Shown here in pieces: positions 50,391 through 63,560 of a DNA stretch of 64,000 bases (the stretch's first letter is position 1; every line of letters starts with the position of its first letter). Made by a program: the position numbers and the translations under genes. The notes under the pieces are model-generated. The model ran no database searches. It was not told the origin of the DNA and was given only the letters and a program-made list of their open reading frames with translations. This DNA is from Octopus vulgaris (Eukaryota), in assembly GCA_951406725.2 (NCBI GenBank), contig OX597818.1:146072001-146136000 (forward strand). Reading direction: 5' to 3'.

Positions 50391-50439
50391 CTTAATACCG
50401 ACGTCAGTTTCGGCAATTTCCGTTGCCTCATCAGTTAAG
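50391..50439 (-). ncRNA. Canonical type I hammerhead ribozyme (variant G), antisense to the HERO ORF
   Basis: Minus CTTAA-CTGATGA-GGCAAC-GGAA-ATTGCC-GAAA-CTG-ACGT-CGG-TA-TTAAG; all core nt canonical, three stems, palindromic ACGT loop III, GUA site. Confidence 0.9.
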
Positions 50440-50503
50440 CCTGCCCGATTGTTCGGCTTTTCCTGATGTTTTCGTCATCCAAATTATTGGATGATTTAGC
50501 GAT

Positions 50504-53500
50504 ATGCTAAAAAGGAATGGACCCGAACCGGAAATGGACAATGAGAAAAGAAGCGGTAAAGGAAAAGTAGATGAGGAATTCAGCTGCTGTGGAAAGGTGT
50601 TTTCTAGTTACATCGGGCTTAGAATTCACCAAGGGAAGGTGTATCAGAAGAAAGTGATTCAACAGCGCGGGTTGAAAAACCAAAAGACGTGTCGCCAGAA
50701 CCTCCTGGAAATAAACCATAGCGAGAGTCATTCCATAGTTGAATCGGAAAAGCCAAGAAAAGAGAAAGGCGTGAAGAAGCCAAAGATTAAGTAGCCGAAG
50801 GCAAATGTTGCAGCTAGCTATAAGGAATTCGACAACGAATTTCTTATAAATTCAAAAGGGGCGATGAACAAAAGCTCGAAAACTTGGCTAATATAATCTC
50901 TCAGGAAGGAGAGAAAAGATTTGGACTTGAAACAACAAGGAATGGAGAATCATCGGCAACGGGGGAACCATCGAGAAGAGAAAGATGGATCGCAAAGATA
51001 CGTGAAGAGAACAAAAAACTCAGAACCAGATGGAGGGATGCAAAAGAAGAGGAAAGCGAAGGGTTAAAACAATTATATGAAGAGATAAAAAAGGGGCATC
51101 GAGAACAACTAAGAAAGAAATGAAATAAGAACAGAAGAAAGGAGAGAGAAAAGAACTATCGTAGTTTTGTAAACAACCCATATCAATATGCTAAACATTT
51201 GTTTACTGAAAGTAAGAGCGGAAGATTGGATTGCACTAAAAAAGAGCTCGAACACGATCTTAAAAGGACGTACAGCGACGCTGATAGAAATAAAGTACTC
51301 CTAGAAATGCTCGGGCTGAAGAAACCACCTGAACCAAGTGTACCATTCGATTTGAGTGTCATCGGACGGAAAGAAATGGATGAGTTCATTAGAAAAGCAA
51401 GAGCAAAAAGTTCACAAAGGAACGACGGAGTTAGCTACAAGATTTATAAATATTACTCGAAATTGCGTTTATAACTATTTACATTAAGAGAAATGTGGAA
51501 GAAAAAAGACGTAGCAGAACGATGTTGTATAGCTCTCTAAAGAGAGGGAAGCAAAAACACTAGGACAATTCAGACCCATATCACTGCTAAATATCGATGT
51601 TTGTCAAGTGAATCATAAGATTCGTACAGCATAACGGATATGTTAATGAAGCAATCCAGAAGCCAGGGATCCCTGGAATCCCTGGATACATAGAACATGC
51701 ATTTGCCATCTGGGAAGCTATCAACGGTGCAAAACAACTGAAAAATACTGTACATTGTATGGCTAGATCTTGCCAGTGCTTATGGATCTGTTCCACACGC
51801 ACTAATTCAAGCAGCTATGGATCTCTTTTGGGCTCCAGAAGATATTCAACGAATGCTCATGTGTTGCTCCGATAAACTGAAGAGGAGATTTACAGCAGGA
51901 AATTTCTCAACGGTGTGGCAACAGTTTGAAGTAGTTATTGCAGCTGGATGCACGATATCAGTCATCTTATTTGTGCTAGTCATGGAAATGTTACTAAGAT
52001 CAACAAACTGTGAGAAATATATTACAAAGACACCATTAAGGGCTTTTATGGACGACGTTACGGTATTACCAGAAAGTAGAGAAGCAGCAGATGCAACGTT
52101 AGAACGGTTGGACGAACTAACAGGATGGATGAGAATGAAATTCAAGCCAAAAAATCTCGAAGCGTGGCTTTCATGAAGAGTCCAAAAAGAAGTGAAATGC
52201 AGGATATGAGGTGAAGATAGACCAACGGTGAAAGAACAACCAGTAAAAAGTCTCTGCAGATGGTACAGAGATTTATTAAATGATAAGAAGCAAAGCAAAG
52301 AAACACAAGATTTAGTGGAAAAGGGACTAAAGGCAATCGACAGAACAACATTATCGGGGAAATTCGAATGCTGGATATTGCAACTTGGATTGTACCCAAG
52401 GATAATGTGGTTATTGCCAATGTACGAAATAGCCTCGAGCAGAGTAGAAAGGATGGAACGAAGATAGAGTGTGTTTATCAGAAAATGGCTTGATATTCCA
52501 AAACCACTGAATACAACTGACTATATGGAAAACGCGTGCTGCAACTACCGGTAACATCAATCGCCGAAGAATATAAGGCAGGGAATGCAAGGAGAGTAAT
52601 ATTGCTGAGGTATTCGAAAGATCAGAACAACCAAGAAAATCCTCCAAAGGTACGAACAGGGAGTAAATTGAAAATGGAAGAGGTAGTAAACAAGGGGATC
52701 GGAAAACTAAGGTATGCCGATATAATCGGAGCGACGCAAGAAGCAAGAGCTGGTCTAGGGTTGCATAATTTCAAGCCATTTTGCATGAACAGTGTAAAGG
52801 AGATGAAAAAGGCAGTGGTACTCGAAGTGAGATAGAAGAAAGGCGAAATATACATTTGGTGCAATGTAGCCAACAGGGACAGTGCTTGAGATGGGAAGAA
52901 TATGTGGTCAGTCGCAGAATCTCATGGAAGGAACTTTGGGTCTGGGAACAAGCAAGAACATCCTTTCTGATCAAGTCTACCTTCGACGTTTTACCTTCAC
53001 CGGCCAATTTTGTTCGGTGGTACATACAAACAGCTGATGAATGTAGATGCGAAGAAAAAGCGACGTTGAAACATGTTCTGTCAAACTGCAGGCTATCACG
53101 AGACAGATGTACATGGCCTCACAATCAAGTCCTCGGTGTCATAAGATTGAGGGATGTTATAGGGGAGAATACCCAAAAGTGGAAAAGCGCGGATAGATAT
53201 AGTTCCAGAAGAAGGGAAAAGGACATAAGGCCAAGCCTTCCAATAACGTATACGAGACAAACGAAAGAAGGAAGAGAGATTGGGAGCTGACCACGTGTTT
53301 GGAGAGACTGTGAATATTTCCATTCATAAAAGCAACAAAAAGACCGGACTTAATCCTATGGAACACAGAATGGAGAATTGGAATTTTGCTAGAGCTGACA
53401 GTGCCATGGGAAGAGAACATCGCTAATGCAGAGCAACGGAAGAAGAGGCATGAAAAATTAATCGAAGAGTGCAGAGAACAGGGATGGGGCTTCATTGAAA

Positions 53501-53619
53501 GGAAAATGGAGACGTTATTTAAAAGAAGGTTTGCATTTTCGAACTCAGAACTGAGAAAAGTAATAAGGAGAGTACAGGAGGCAGTCGACAAAGCTAGCTT
53601 CTATATATGGCTGAAATGA
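50504..53619 (+). pseudogene. HERO polyprotein (ZnF-RT-CCHC-RLE) with frameshifts and stops
   Basis: CCGKVFSSYIGLRIHQ; LDLASAYGSVPH; IAAGCTISVILF; AFMDDVT; CRCEEKATLKHVLSNC..TWPHNQVL; RPDLILW..LELTVPWEEN. Confidence 0.92.
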
Positions 53620-53884
53620 GAAGACCAAAAATGGCTTGAAAGCCGTAACATGCCGACTGGGAAATAGCATCGCTAGGTGGGGCTGGCTGACACTTAAACA
53701 GCATCGCTGATTGACTGGTAGGCCAAGGTAGTGATCTCATTCATAGCACACCCTCCTCCTGGTTCGAAGGCTTGTACCACCAAACAGCTAATTGGCTCTG
53801 GCTGCTGGAACTGAAACTAACACGACACTGTTAGAAGGCAGGTTTAGAGAGGACGCGGGCCAAAACTACGCACCCTTCCCCTCC

Positions 53885-53985
53885 ATTGGTCACTTGAAGC
53901 TTAGACAGTGTCACGTGACAGTTGGCGCTGGCTGCTGGAGCCTACCGGCGAGTATTTAAAAGAAAATTTGGCAGGATGGTCATTC
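53885..53985 (+). promoter_or_regulatory. Pol II-like core promoter in the HERO 3' region
   Basis: ATTGG 53885; palindromic E-box TGTCACGTGACA 53909-53920; TATTTAAA 53953-53960; Inr TCATTC 53980-53985 (A+1 at 53982, TATA at -29); AATAAA 54015. Confidence 0.6.
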
Positions 53986-54330
53986 GCCCGCTGACATTCG
54001 TTGAAGCTGCATCGAATAAACCAAAGAACAAAAGAAAAACGGAGAAAGTAAAAACGCACTCAACACCAGAGCTGAAGACACCTCCAAAAGTGGGAGCTCC
54101 GCCACGTTGGAAACGGTAGAAGTGTAGGGCCTGAAACCGGACGAGATTCCCCCCGATGATGTCTTTAGCCATTGGATCCTATAAAGGAACTGTTGAGGTA
54201 GCGAACCACGAAAGGTGGTTGGAATTCCTATGTTTTCGTCATCCAAAATTATTGGACGATTTTCCGATACGCTGCGTAAAATACAAAATTAATATAAGCA
54301 GCAGTTTGCAATGTTTCACACGCACGCACG

Positions 54331-54390
<60 letters not shown>

Positions 54391-54629
54391 TACGTGCACT
54401 TATTTAAGGATGATTGTATGCGTAGATGTTCAACCGGGATTAACGTTTCAGTCAAGATGAACAAAGTAATTCGTGTTCTTTAGTGATGTTTAGAAACTCA
54501 TTTGTTTCCTTTGTTTTTCTTGCCATGTCAATATACATACACATACCATACCATACGTTAATTTCATGCGCAGGCTGGTCCGTTGATCGTATCAGCGGGG
54601 ACCTTCGTCGTCGTAACCGACGGAGTGCT

Positions 54630-54663
<34 letters not shown>

Positions 54664-54751
54664 ATATGATATTATATATAGTATTATATGTTATGTCATA
54701 TGTATATCATATTATTTATTATCAAACATTATATATATATATGTATATATA

Positions 54752-55061
54752 TATCACGTGATCACGTGACCGACCAGACCATCAGATGTTGTTACACATC
54801 GCTGGTCACAATGCATTCGCATTGTTTTATCCTTCGAACGACGCCACCCCGCTGGCTAAGCGAGCAGGCCAACAGAAGAAAGAGTGGGAGAAAGTTGTGG
54901 TGAAAGAGTACAGCAGGGATCACCACCACCCCCTGCCGGAGTTTCGTGGAGCTTTTAGGTGTTTTCGCTCAAAAAACACTCACAACGCCCGGCCAGAGAA
55001 TCGAAACCGCGATCCTACGACCGCGAGTCCGCTGCCCTAACCACTGGGCCATTGCGCCTCC
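54752..55061 (-). mobile_element. SINE family C, tail type 1, full length
   Basis: GGAGGCGCAATGGCCCAGTGGTTAGGGCAGCGGACTCGCGG head; CACGTGATCACGTGA end. Confidence 0.93.
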
Positions 55062-55289
55062 ATGTGTGTGTGTATATATATATTATTTCTACATATATGT
55101 GTGCGTTTGTATGAATGTATTTATAAACACACATGTATGCAGCATTCATATGTGTGTACACACCACACACACACATATATTTATAAAGAAGTATATTTAT
55201 ATATGTATATGTTTATGGATATACATGTATATTGATATGTATGTATATATGTATATACATATATGCATGCATATATGTGTATATATATA

Positions 55290-55354
<65 letters not shown>

Positions 55355-56073
55355 ATATTAATGCGTAGAAACATGCATACATGCTTACAAACATAGATAC
55401 ATATACACATACATATACACATTCATGCATGCATACATACATACATATTCATGCATGCAAATGTGCGTGCACATATTGTGCTTTTTACAGCTGTAGCCAC
55501 GATTATTCATTGAGCGTTGACAACGCATCAACGCGAACATTAAGTTTGCCTACGTCAGTAAATCTTCATGGAAATAAGAAGAGAATCTAATTAGAACGGT
55601 GTAAAGCTTTGTAAGGTTGGTGTTTCTTAGCCGTTAGGAAAATAGTTGGAGAAAGAATCATAATAGCTATAGACATTTGCATATTTTGAGATATTCCTCA
55701 AGCACACACACGAAAGAAAAGAAGTGAGAGAGGGGGAGAAGTAGAGGAGAGAGTGAGAGTGGGGAAGAGGGAAGATAGCCACAGAAATGTGAGTATACAT
55801 GAAAAAGAGAATTGTTAGTACTTGTCAGTCGATGTCTGAGAAAGAGACACTAGGATGCAGCCATAACAATACAACATAGAATGGGTGATGATGTGGATAG
55901 GAGTGTGGGTTAGGTGTAATGGCGGTGGTTGCGGTGGTGGCCGTGGTGTAGTGGTGTAGGTGGTAATAGCGGTGGTGGTGTTTTGTGGTGGTTTCAGGCG
56001 TGATGTTGATGTTAGTCTCTTCTGACTCTTAAATGGCTACTTTGTTCTTGTTTCTATCTGTACCATTATTTCC

Positions 56074-56145
<72 letters not shown>

Positions 56146-56238
56146 GTCTATCTATTCGCATGTTCTTCACTTCTGTAGTTTTTTCGATTGTTTTAGTTGT
56201 CACGACTAAGGTCATGTTAAAGTACAACCTTGTATACA

Positions 56239-56875
<637 letters not shown>

Positions 56876-57437
56876 GTGTCTCTGAGAACTCTTGAATAAT
56901 TAAACTGGTTACGGTAACTACGTCGATATGCTTTTTACTATGGTTCTGTCGCAGCTTAACAGACCTCCAAGAGTGAATGCATCTATGTGTGAGATGGTCC
57001 TTCATATGTTCTGCATCTGGGAGACTACTTGTGTGTTTAGTAGCCAGTGCAGCTGAAGTGTCAGTCTGCTGTTGTTTGCTCTAACCGGACACGTTCAGCA
57101 GCAGCAGCAGCAGCAGTAGCAGCAGCAGCAACACTTGTAGTAGTTGTTGCCATTTAGCATCAGGTCGTCTCTGATGGCAAAAGACTTTCCATTTGTGACC
57201 ATCTTGTTTTCTTGTATATCAAGGAGGACTACGTTGTCCAATGTATACTTTCTCAAGACAGTACTTCGTGATTTAAGGGAGATTTGGTTGCGTTTTCTAA
57301 CCAGTCAAGCTACCACTTAATGGCGTTTCTCTTTCACTTGTGGTGGTCGTGGCGAAGGCGTTGTCTTTACAATATTGGTGGTTGTGGGAGCGGGTGTGGT
57401 AGAGATGGTGTCGGTGCTAATAGTAATAATTATTTCA

Positions 57438-57790
57438 AATTTTTGCCACAAGGGCACCTTGGGGATGGTGGGGATGAATCGATTACATTGACTCGTGTTC
57501 AACTGATACTTAATTTATCGACCCCGATAGGATGAAAAGCAAAGTCGACCTCGGCGGACTTTGAACTCAGAACGTAGCGACGGGCGAAGTACCGCTATGC
57601 ATTTCATCCAGTGTGCTAACGATTCTTTTCTACTCTAGGCACAAGGCCCGAAATTTTTTGTGGAGAGGGCCAGTCGATTAGATCGACCCCAGTACGCAAC
57701 TGGTACTTAATTTATCGACCCCGAAAGGATAAAAGGCAAAGTCGTCCTCAGCGGAATTTGAACTCAGAACATAAAGACAGACGAAATGCT
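57438..57790 (-). mobile_element. Two adjacent or nested SINE family A copies
   Basis: ATTTATCGACCCCGA..GCAAAGTCG..TTGAACTCAGAAC occurs twice. Confidence 0.85.
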
Positions 57791-57892
57791 AATAGTAATA
57801 ATAATAGTTGATAATGATATTAGTGGTTGTAGTTGTGGTTATGGTGGCATTGGTGGTAAAAATAATGTTTGCAGTATTAATGCTGACGAAAT

Positions 57893-58070
57893 AGTTGGTA
57901 TCATTTCGTCCGTCTTTACGTTCTGTGATCAAATTCCGCCGAGGTTAACTTAGCCTTTCAATCTTTCGGGATGGACAAACTAAGTACCAGTTGAGCACTG
58001 GGATCGATGTATTGAGGGCAATGTAATCGACTCGTCCCCTACCTTCAAAATCGCTGGCCTTTTGCAAAAC
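57893..58070 (+). mobile_element. SINE family A
   Basis: CTTTACGTTCTG..AATTCCGCCGAGG..GCCTTTCA..AAGTACCAGTTGAGCACTGGG. Confidence 0.8.
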
Positions 58071-58131
58071 TTACAATGAATTAATATCAGATGTAAATTT
58101 AATGAAAATGATAACGATGGTGGTGATGTTT

Positions 58132-58163
<32 letters not shown>

Positions 58164-59292
58164 GAGGGCGGTTTTAGTAAAGATCTTTACCTTCCGATAG
58201 GAAATTTTTGCTGCTATTTAGATTGAAAAGGGAAGTTGCTGCTACACGGTGGGATTGGACCCAAAACTACGTGGCTGTGAAGCATACAGCTAAGCATGCA
58301 CATGTATACACACAAGCCTCGGATGTATACATACGTACATAAATATTCGTTTCATTTTTATTACTACGCACACAAACTCATACACACACTTACACACGCG
58401 CGCGCATTTATACACACATTTTCAATTTTTACCTTTCGTTGGTCCAAAGGAAGATCTATCGATTTTATTTCTTTAGCTATTTACACATTCAAACTATTTT
58501 CATATGTAAAAATCTTCATCTTTAGAATTCGCTGAGAAGTATTGCTACAGCTTTTGATGGTCCGTATTCTGTCGTTATTCCCTGGTTTGATTTCCTTGCG
58601 TTTTGCTGTATAATATTTGTGTTTTGTTTGCCTAAAAGCCTGTCTTTATCATTTACGTTCTCAATGTTTCAAGCGTTAATGTTTGCCTTTTTATCGTTCG
58701 GTTTTTGGCCATTATATATTTCTTGTGTTATCTTTATTTTACTGTTCTATTTTTATGTTCAATGTTGTTTTGCTTTTTTTTTATTTGATGATAAATCTTC
58801 TTTTGAAGGATTCATATAGAATAGAATATGACAGTTGTTTCTTTTTTATTTTTGCCACTCCGTGTCTGCGCTCTATCTAAGTGTCTTTTAGTCCTATAAA
58901 AACCGTTTCGGTGTTGTTTCTAACTTCCATATGACAATTGTAATAACATTTAATGGCTCACGTAAAGCTTTCTTAGTTCTCTACTCCAACTCCAAATATC
59001 TTTATTATAATTTTTGCTTCTTTTGCTTCAACCCAGTTGCCTTTTGTAACAGAATAAAAAAACCTACGGTTTTTCTAACTTTGCTGTTCTCTTTGTCTTT
59101 TTATATCATTATGAAATCTAGTCCTGTGGCCTCGAATCAATTATATAAATATAAATGCCACTGGATCTTCAATGACTTCTGATTACCTTTCGAGCTCATG
59201 AATTTGCATTTCCGAGGGGCAGACTGGAGCAAGGTGTTTTTCCATGGAAAGCCAACAGCTTTCTATGAAACGTCTCTGTCTGTCTGTCTGTT

Positions 59293-59377
<85 letters not shown>

Positions 59378-59599
59378 GTACTGTAGATATTGTTTCAAAG
59401 AAAGGCAATAGTTTATACAGCTAGACAATAGTGCTATCGCAGTCATTATCATCAAAACTCAAAACCTTGGTGGAATTTGAGCTCAGAACGAAAAGACAGA
59501 CGAAATGTTGCTAAGCCTTTTGCCTGGCGTGCTTAACGATTCTGTCAGCTCGACGCTTGAATCGAACAAATATTTTCATTGACAGTTTCTTACTATCAT

Positions 59600-60140
59600 T
59601 TTAATTCTATTTTGACTGCACACTTTCTGTCATTACACAACATCCTTGGCCATAACTGATAAAAGGCAGCAAAACCGAATTGAAGATAGCCAGTTTGGCT
59701 TTTTTATAACAATTTCTCCTCTTCTGAGGATCCATTGATGGAGTGGCGCATTTCTGAGCCAGGACATGCAAGTCTAGTATCCAATTCAGCCTCCTGTTTC
59801 CCATCACTCGTGACCACGACTCTGGTATACTTTAAAATTCCCAACTTACCTCAGAGATGTTCCACTAATATGCTGAGAGCATTGGCAAGACTTTCTTGAG
59901 AGAGTTAATGTCTCAATCTTCGCAACACTTATTCTCATCCCTGTCTTGCAGCACTCAACAGCAAACCCATTCAGGTCACGATAGGGAATCCGGCCGGAAA
60001 GTATAATGAAGGCTGCTTCTGATAGAACCCGTGGAGGAGGTGACTAAGGACTCAACCCTCACGACCCTTCAATGAATAGTGGGTGGAGAAGAGGGACAGA
60101 AGGGGAGAATGCAGATTTCCTCATAACGTCTCATAATGCA
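59600..60140 (-). mobile_element. RTE (Rex3/Expander-like) LINE RT remnant
   Basis: KAKLAIFNSVLLPFISYGQGCCVMTE and RISVAKIETLTLSRK. Confidence 0.7.
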
Positions 60141-60329
60141 TCCTTTTGAACCCTCTTTCCATCTTCTTTCTGCGCAATGTTCTTGCTGTATTCACATACT
60201 TTACGTCGCAAGTGTTACTGTCAGAACACAAAGAACCAGGAACAGATACTCCAAGACATCAGTTATGGTAAATATCTGCCTTTCATCAGTACCAGTTAGT
60301 TATATGGAAACCAGATTCCATCATAATAT

Positions 60330-60700
60330 GTCTTTCATATTTCACTCGTTTCAGTCATTATACTGCATTCATGTTGGGGCACCGCATTGAAGGGTCGAGG
60401 CGAAGAAATCGACACCAGTATTTATTTCTTAAGTTTTGTACTTATTCCAACCGTCTCTTTTGTTGAGAACCGCTAAATAACGGGATTGCCCGGTGGGGGA
60501 GGGTGTAGGGATAAACACAAAGGCTCAAACACACTTATGTGAAAAACAGCTTCCACGCAGTTTTCCATCTACTAAATTCAATTCCAAGGTATTGGTCGGT
60601 CTAGGGCTATATTAAAAAAAAAAAAACACTTACCCAAGGTGCTTCGCAGTGAGACTGAACTCGAAAACACGTGGTTGCGAAGCGAGCTTCTTCAATCGGC
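60330..60700 (-). mobile_element. Decayed SINE family B
   Basis: GCAGTGAGACTGAACTCG head and TTTCAGTCATTA tail in reverse. Confidence 0.7.
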
Positions 60701-61092
60701 CGCTATGATATTTCACCATACAACTTCCTTCTCCTGTCTCTTTCACTAGTACCATTCTAACAAATATCACCCAATCTCTTTCCTGCTGCTACGGCAACGA
60801 AAACATGCACTCTTTCATACAAGGAAAAATTAACTCTCGAAAATTTTGTGTACGCCTGTCCACCGTGATTTGGCTATACATATTAAGTAACGGTAAATAA
60901 AATATATGCTATCTACAACTTCGACCACTGTCCTTATTCCTTGAAGTCCAACACAATGACGTTCACATCAGCTTTCTCTTCTTCGACATCCCACCTGTTA
61001 CAATTGGTGACTCCGCCGACAAAAGCCGTTACACTTGGTGACTACGCTGTCAAAAGCCGTTATATACATACATACATACATACATACATACA

Positions 61093-61125
<33 letters not shown>

Positions 61126-61169
61126 TCATACATACATACATACATACATACTTACATACATACACACAT

Positions 61170-63560
61170 ATAGTGAGAATTTACGAAAAAGCAAAAAATG
61201 AAGACAGGTGTGTAAATAATAAATAGATGTATTAGTTTAACGCTCGGAAAGTAAGAAAGTATTTTTATGTTTCCAGCCTACGCTCTTTGACAGAAAGGGA
61301 CACAGAAATAAACAAGGAGAGAAAATAAAAAAGGTTTAGTGGCTGACGATCTATCATGGCGAATGCCGGACAGAGGAAAGTTAGGGAGAAGTGGAGATAA
61401 TAAAGTAGTGGTGATCCCAAAACGAAAGTGCGCGTGCGTTTGTATGTGAGAGTGTGTATGTGCGTGTGGAAGGGGGCTGGTGTCCTTCACGTGTGCATGT
61501 GTAGGTGTGTGGATGATGGAGTGGGTGCTGGGAAGTGGTCGGTGCTAGTGTGTACATGGTGGTGTGATGTGGTGTGGAGTGGTGTCGTATGGTGGTGTGT
61601 GGTGTGGTGGTGTGGTGTTGTAGTGTGTGGAGTGGTGGTGTTAGGGTGGGGGAATCGAGAGTGGGGGAAGCAAGGGTGGAGTGTAAGGGATGGGGTGGGT
61701 TGGAATGTGTAGGTGTGGGGTAACGAGAGAGGGGTGATGATGAAGGGAGAAGGTGGGTAGGAGTGAAGAGGGAAGTAGGTGTTAGAGCAAGACAGGAGAG
61801 GTGGGCGGGAGGAAGTAGGTGTGAGAGAGGAGGAGAGTTAGATGAAGAGGGAGGAGAGTTGAGCCCATGTGACCCATAGGAGCGAAGAGAGAATATTAAT
61901 CCCTGTTCACAGCGAAGAAGGGAGTCCAGATGGCCCCTGTGTAAGGACAATCCAAACACAAAGAGGTATTGTAAAGAATGACCGGAAGAGCAGAGCGGAA
62001 ATGATGGAGGAATTGGGAGTAGGGGCTAGAGATCTTGGTGTATTTAGGCTGGGTGGCGGAGAAGTTGAGGTTTAAGTGTGAGTCTGTGTGTTTGTAGTGG
62101 ATGGAGGTGGTGAGAGTGGAGTGATGAATGCTGACCGAAATGTCGAGAAAGGCGACTGAAGTGTCGGAAATAGTGCAGAAGTGGAGGGCAGGATAGAAAG
62201 ATTCAGGAATGGGACTTGTGAAACTTGAGAATTTTTGGACCTCAACGTAGCTAATGAACAGGTTCGCATAGTTGGGGCCCATTCTCGTTGAGAAGCAGTT
62301 AAATGAGAGGACAAGTTCAACCAGACGAAAGAATGTGGATGTATCAGGTTGGGGGTTGGGTCGAAGATCAACGAAATGTTGGAATGCACGCAGCCCCTTG
62401 TGGTGAGGAATCACCGTGTATAGGCTCTTGATGTCAAAAGTGAAGAGAAGTTTAGAAGGGCCAAGAGGGAAGGAGAAAGAGTTGAACAAACGAAAAGCAT
62501 GGCTTGTGTGATGAATGTGAGAGGGGAAGGAAGCCACTAGGGGACAAGTACATGGTCAAAATATCTGGAGATGAGTTCGGTGGGGAAGTTGCAGGTGGAA
62601 ACGATGGGGCGGCCAGGGTTGTTAGGCTTGTGGATTTGGGGGACGAAGTAAATTGTGGGGATGCGAGGGGTGCGGACAATGAGGTTAGAGGTGGAGAGGG
62701 AGACGGGAGGAGGAGATGAGGTCATGGATAGTGGAGTACACAGTTTGTTGGTAGCTGGGCGTGGGATTAGAGGGCAGAGGGTAGTAGAGGTGTCTTGAAA
62801 TTGGCGGAGAGCTTCCGCCTTGTAGAGGTCTGCGTGCCACAACACCATGGCTCCACCCTTGTCGGTCAGTTTTATGATGATGTCCGTGCGGCGTCGGAGA
62901 CATCGAAGGGCCGAGAGTTCGGCTGGGGAGATGTTCAGATGTCGGAAACGCTTGGAAAAGTCAAACCAGTCCACAGCGCGCAAACAGATCAACTGCTTGG
63001 AACTGGCCAGGAGCTGGCGTCCACTGGGATGGTCGGTGGCCCAAGTCAGTGAAGCAGTCCTTCTCATTAGATACAGGTGGAGTGTCGCAGAAAAGCACAC
63101 ACAACGTAACGCGGCGCACAAAGCACGAGTCCGAAATTCATTGCTGGATGGAGCGAGGGGGATGAAGCGCAGACCCCTACTGAGAGGAGAGCGCTCTACC
63201 CCAGAGAGGGGGAGATCTGGAGGGATGGTAACAATAGACTGAAGTGGAGAAGGGGTGGAAGGCTGGGAGGGAGGGAATGAGGGGTATGTGGGTAGGGCTT
63301 GGGAGGGACGGGGTTGGTGAGGGTGGGAGAGCGTATATATATATATATATATATATAACGGGAAGCTTTATGAAAATAAACAAAAGACGAAGGCAGGTGG
63401 AAAACAAACGAACAATTGTATTAGTATGGCGCTCAGGAAATATAAATAAAACAAGTCTTTAACGTTTCGAGCCTACGCTCTTCAACAGAAAGATACACAG
63501 AGAGAGAGAAAAACACAGAAAGAAGGAGAGAAAAAAATGCGTGCAGTAGCTAACGAATCA
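61170..63560 (-). mobile_element. Penelope-like element, decayed and internally deleted, with pseudo-LTRs at both ends
   Basis: IIIKLTDKGG, PQIHKPNNPGRPIVS, FDIKSLYTVIP, MGPNYANLF, FLDISV..YKHTD RT motifs; EQGLIFSLRSYGSHGLN resembles the GIY-YIG C-terminus; pseudo-LTRs ~61170-61340 and 63358-63560, the latter separated from the body by (TA)n. Confidence 0.92.
63456..63493 (-). ncRNA. Minimal hammerhead-like motif (variant D, best copy)
   Basis: Minus TCTTT-CTGTTGA-A-GAGC-GTAG-GCTC-GAAACGTT-AAAGA; stem III reduced to palindrome AACGTT; decayed copy at 61262-61299. Confidence 0.7.

Larger units (their letters stand above)
50228..54290 (+). mobile_element. HERO-type (R2 group, RLE) non-LTR retrotransposon, near full length, 17-bp TSD
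   Basis: TSD AATATAA(A/G)CAGCAGTTT at 50211-50227 and 54291-54307; single decayed ORF with zinc finger, RT, CCHC and RLE. Confidence 0.88.

Noticed and set aside
54126-54170. Possible type II hammerhead GAAAC-CG-GAC...CCGATGA in the HERO 3' region
   Set aside because: Needs about four substitutions (cleavage triplet, core U4, stem I) to fit; not supportable from one copy.
54185-54229. CTGTTGA..CCAC-GAAA hammerhead-like string
   Set aside because: No UH cleavage site or stem III in register; the AACCAC/GTGGTT hairpin explains it better.
50461-54273. The 48-bp direct repeat as the HERO target-site duplication
   Set aside because: A better-conserved 17-bp duplication lies outside it, and the left copy overlaps the first ATG, so the 48-mer appears internal.
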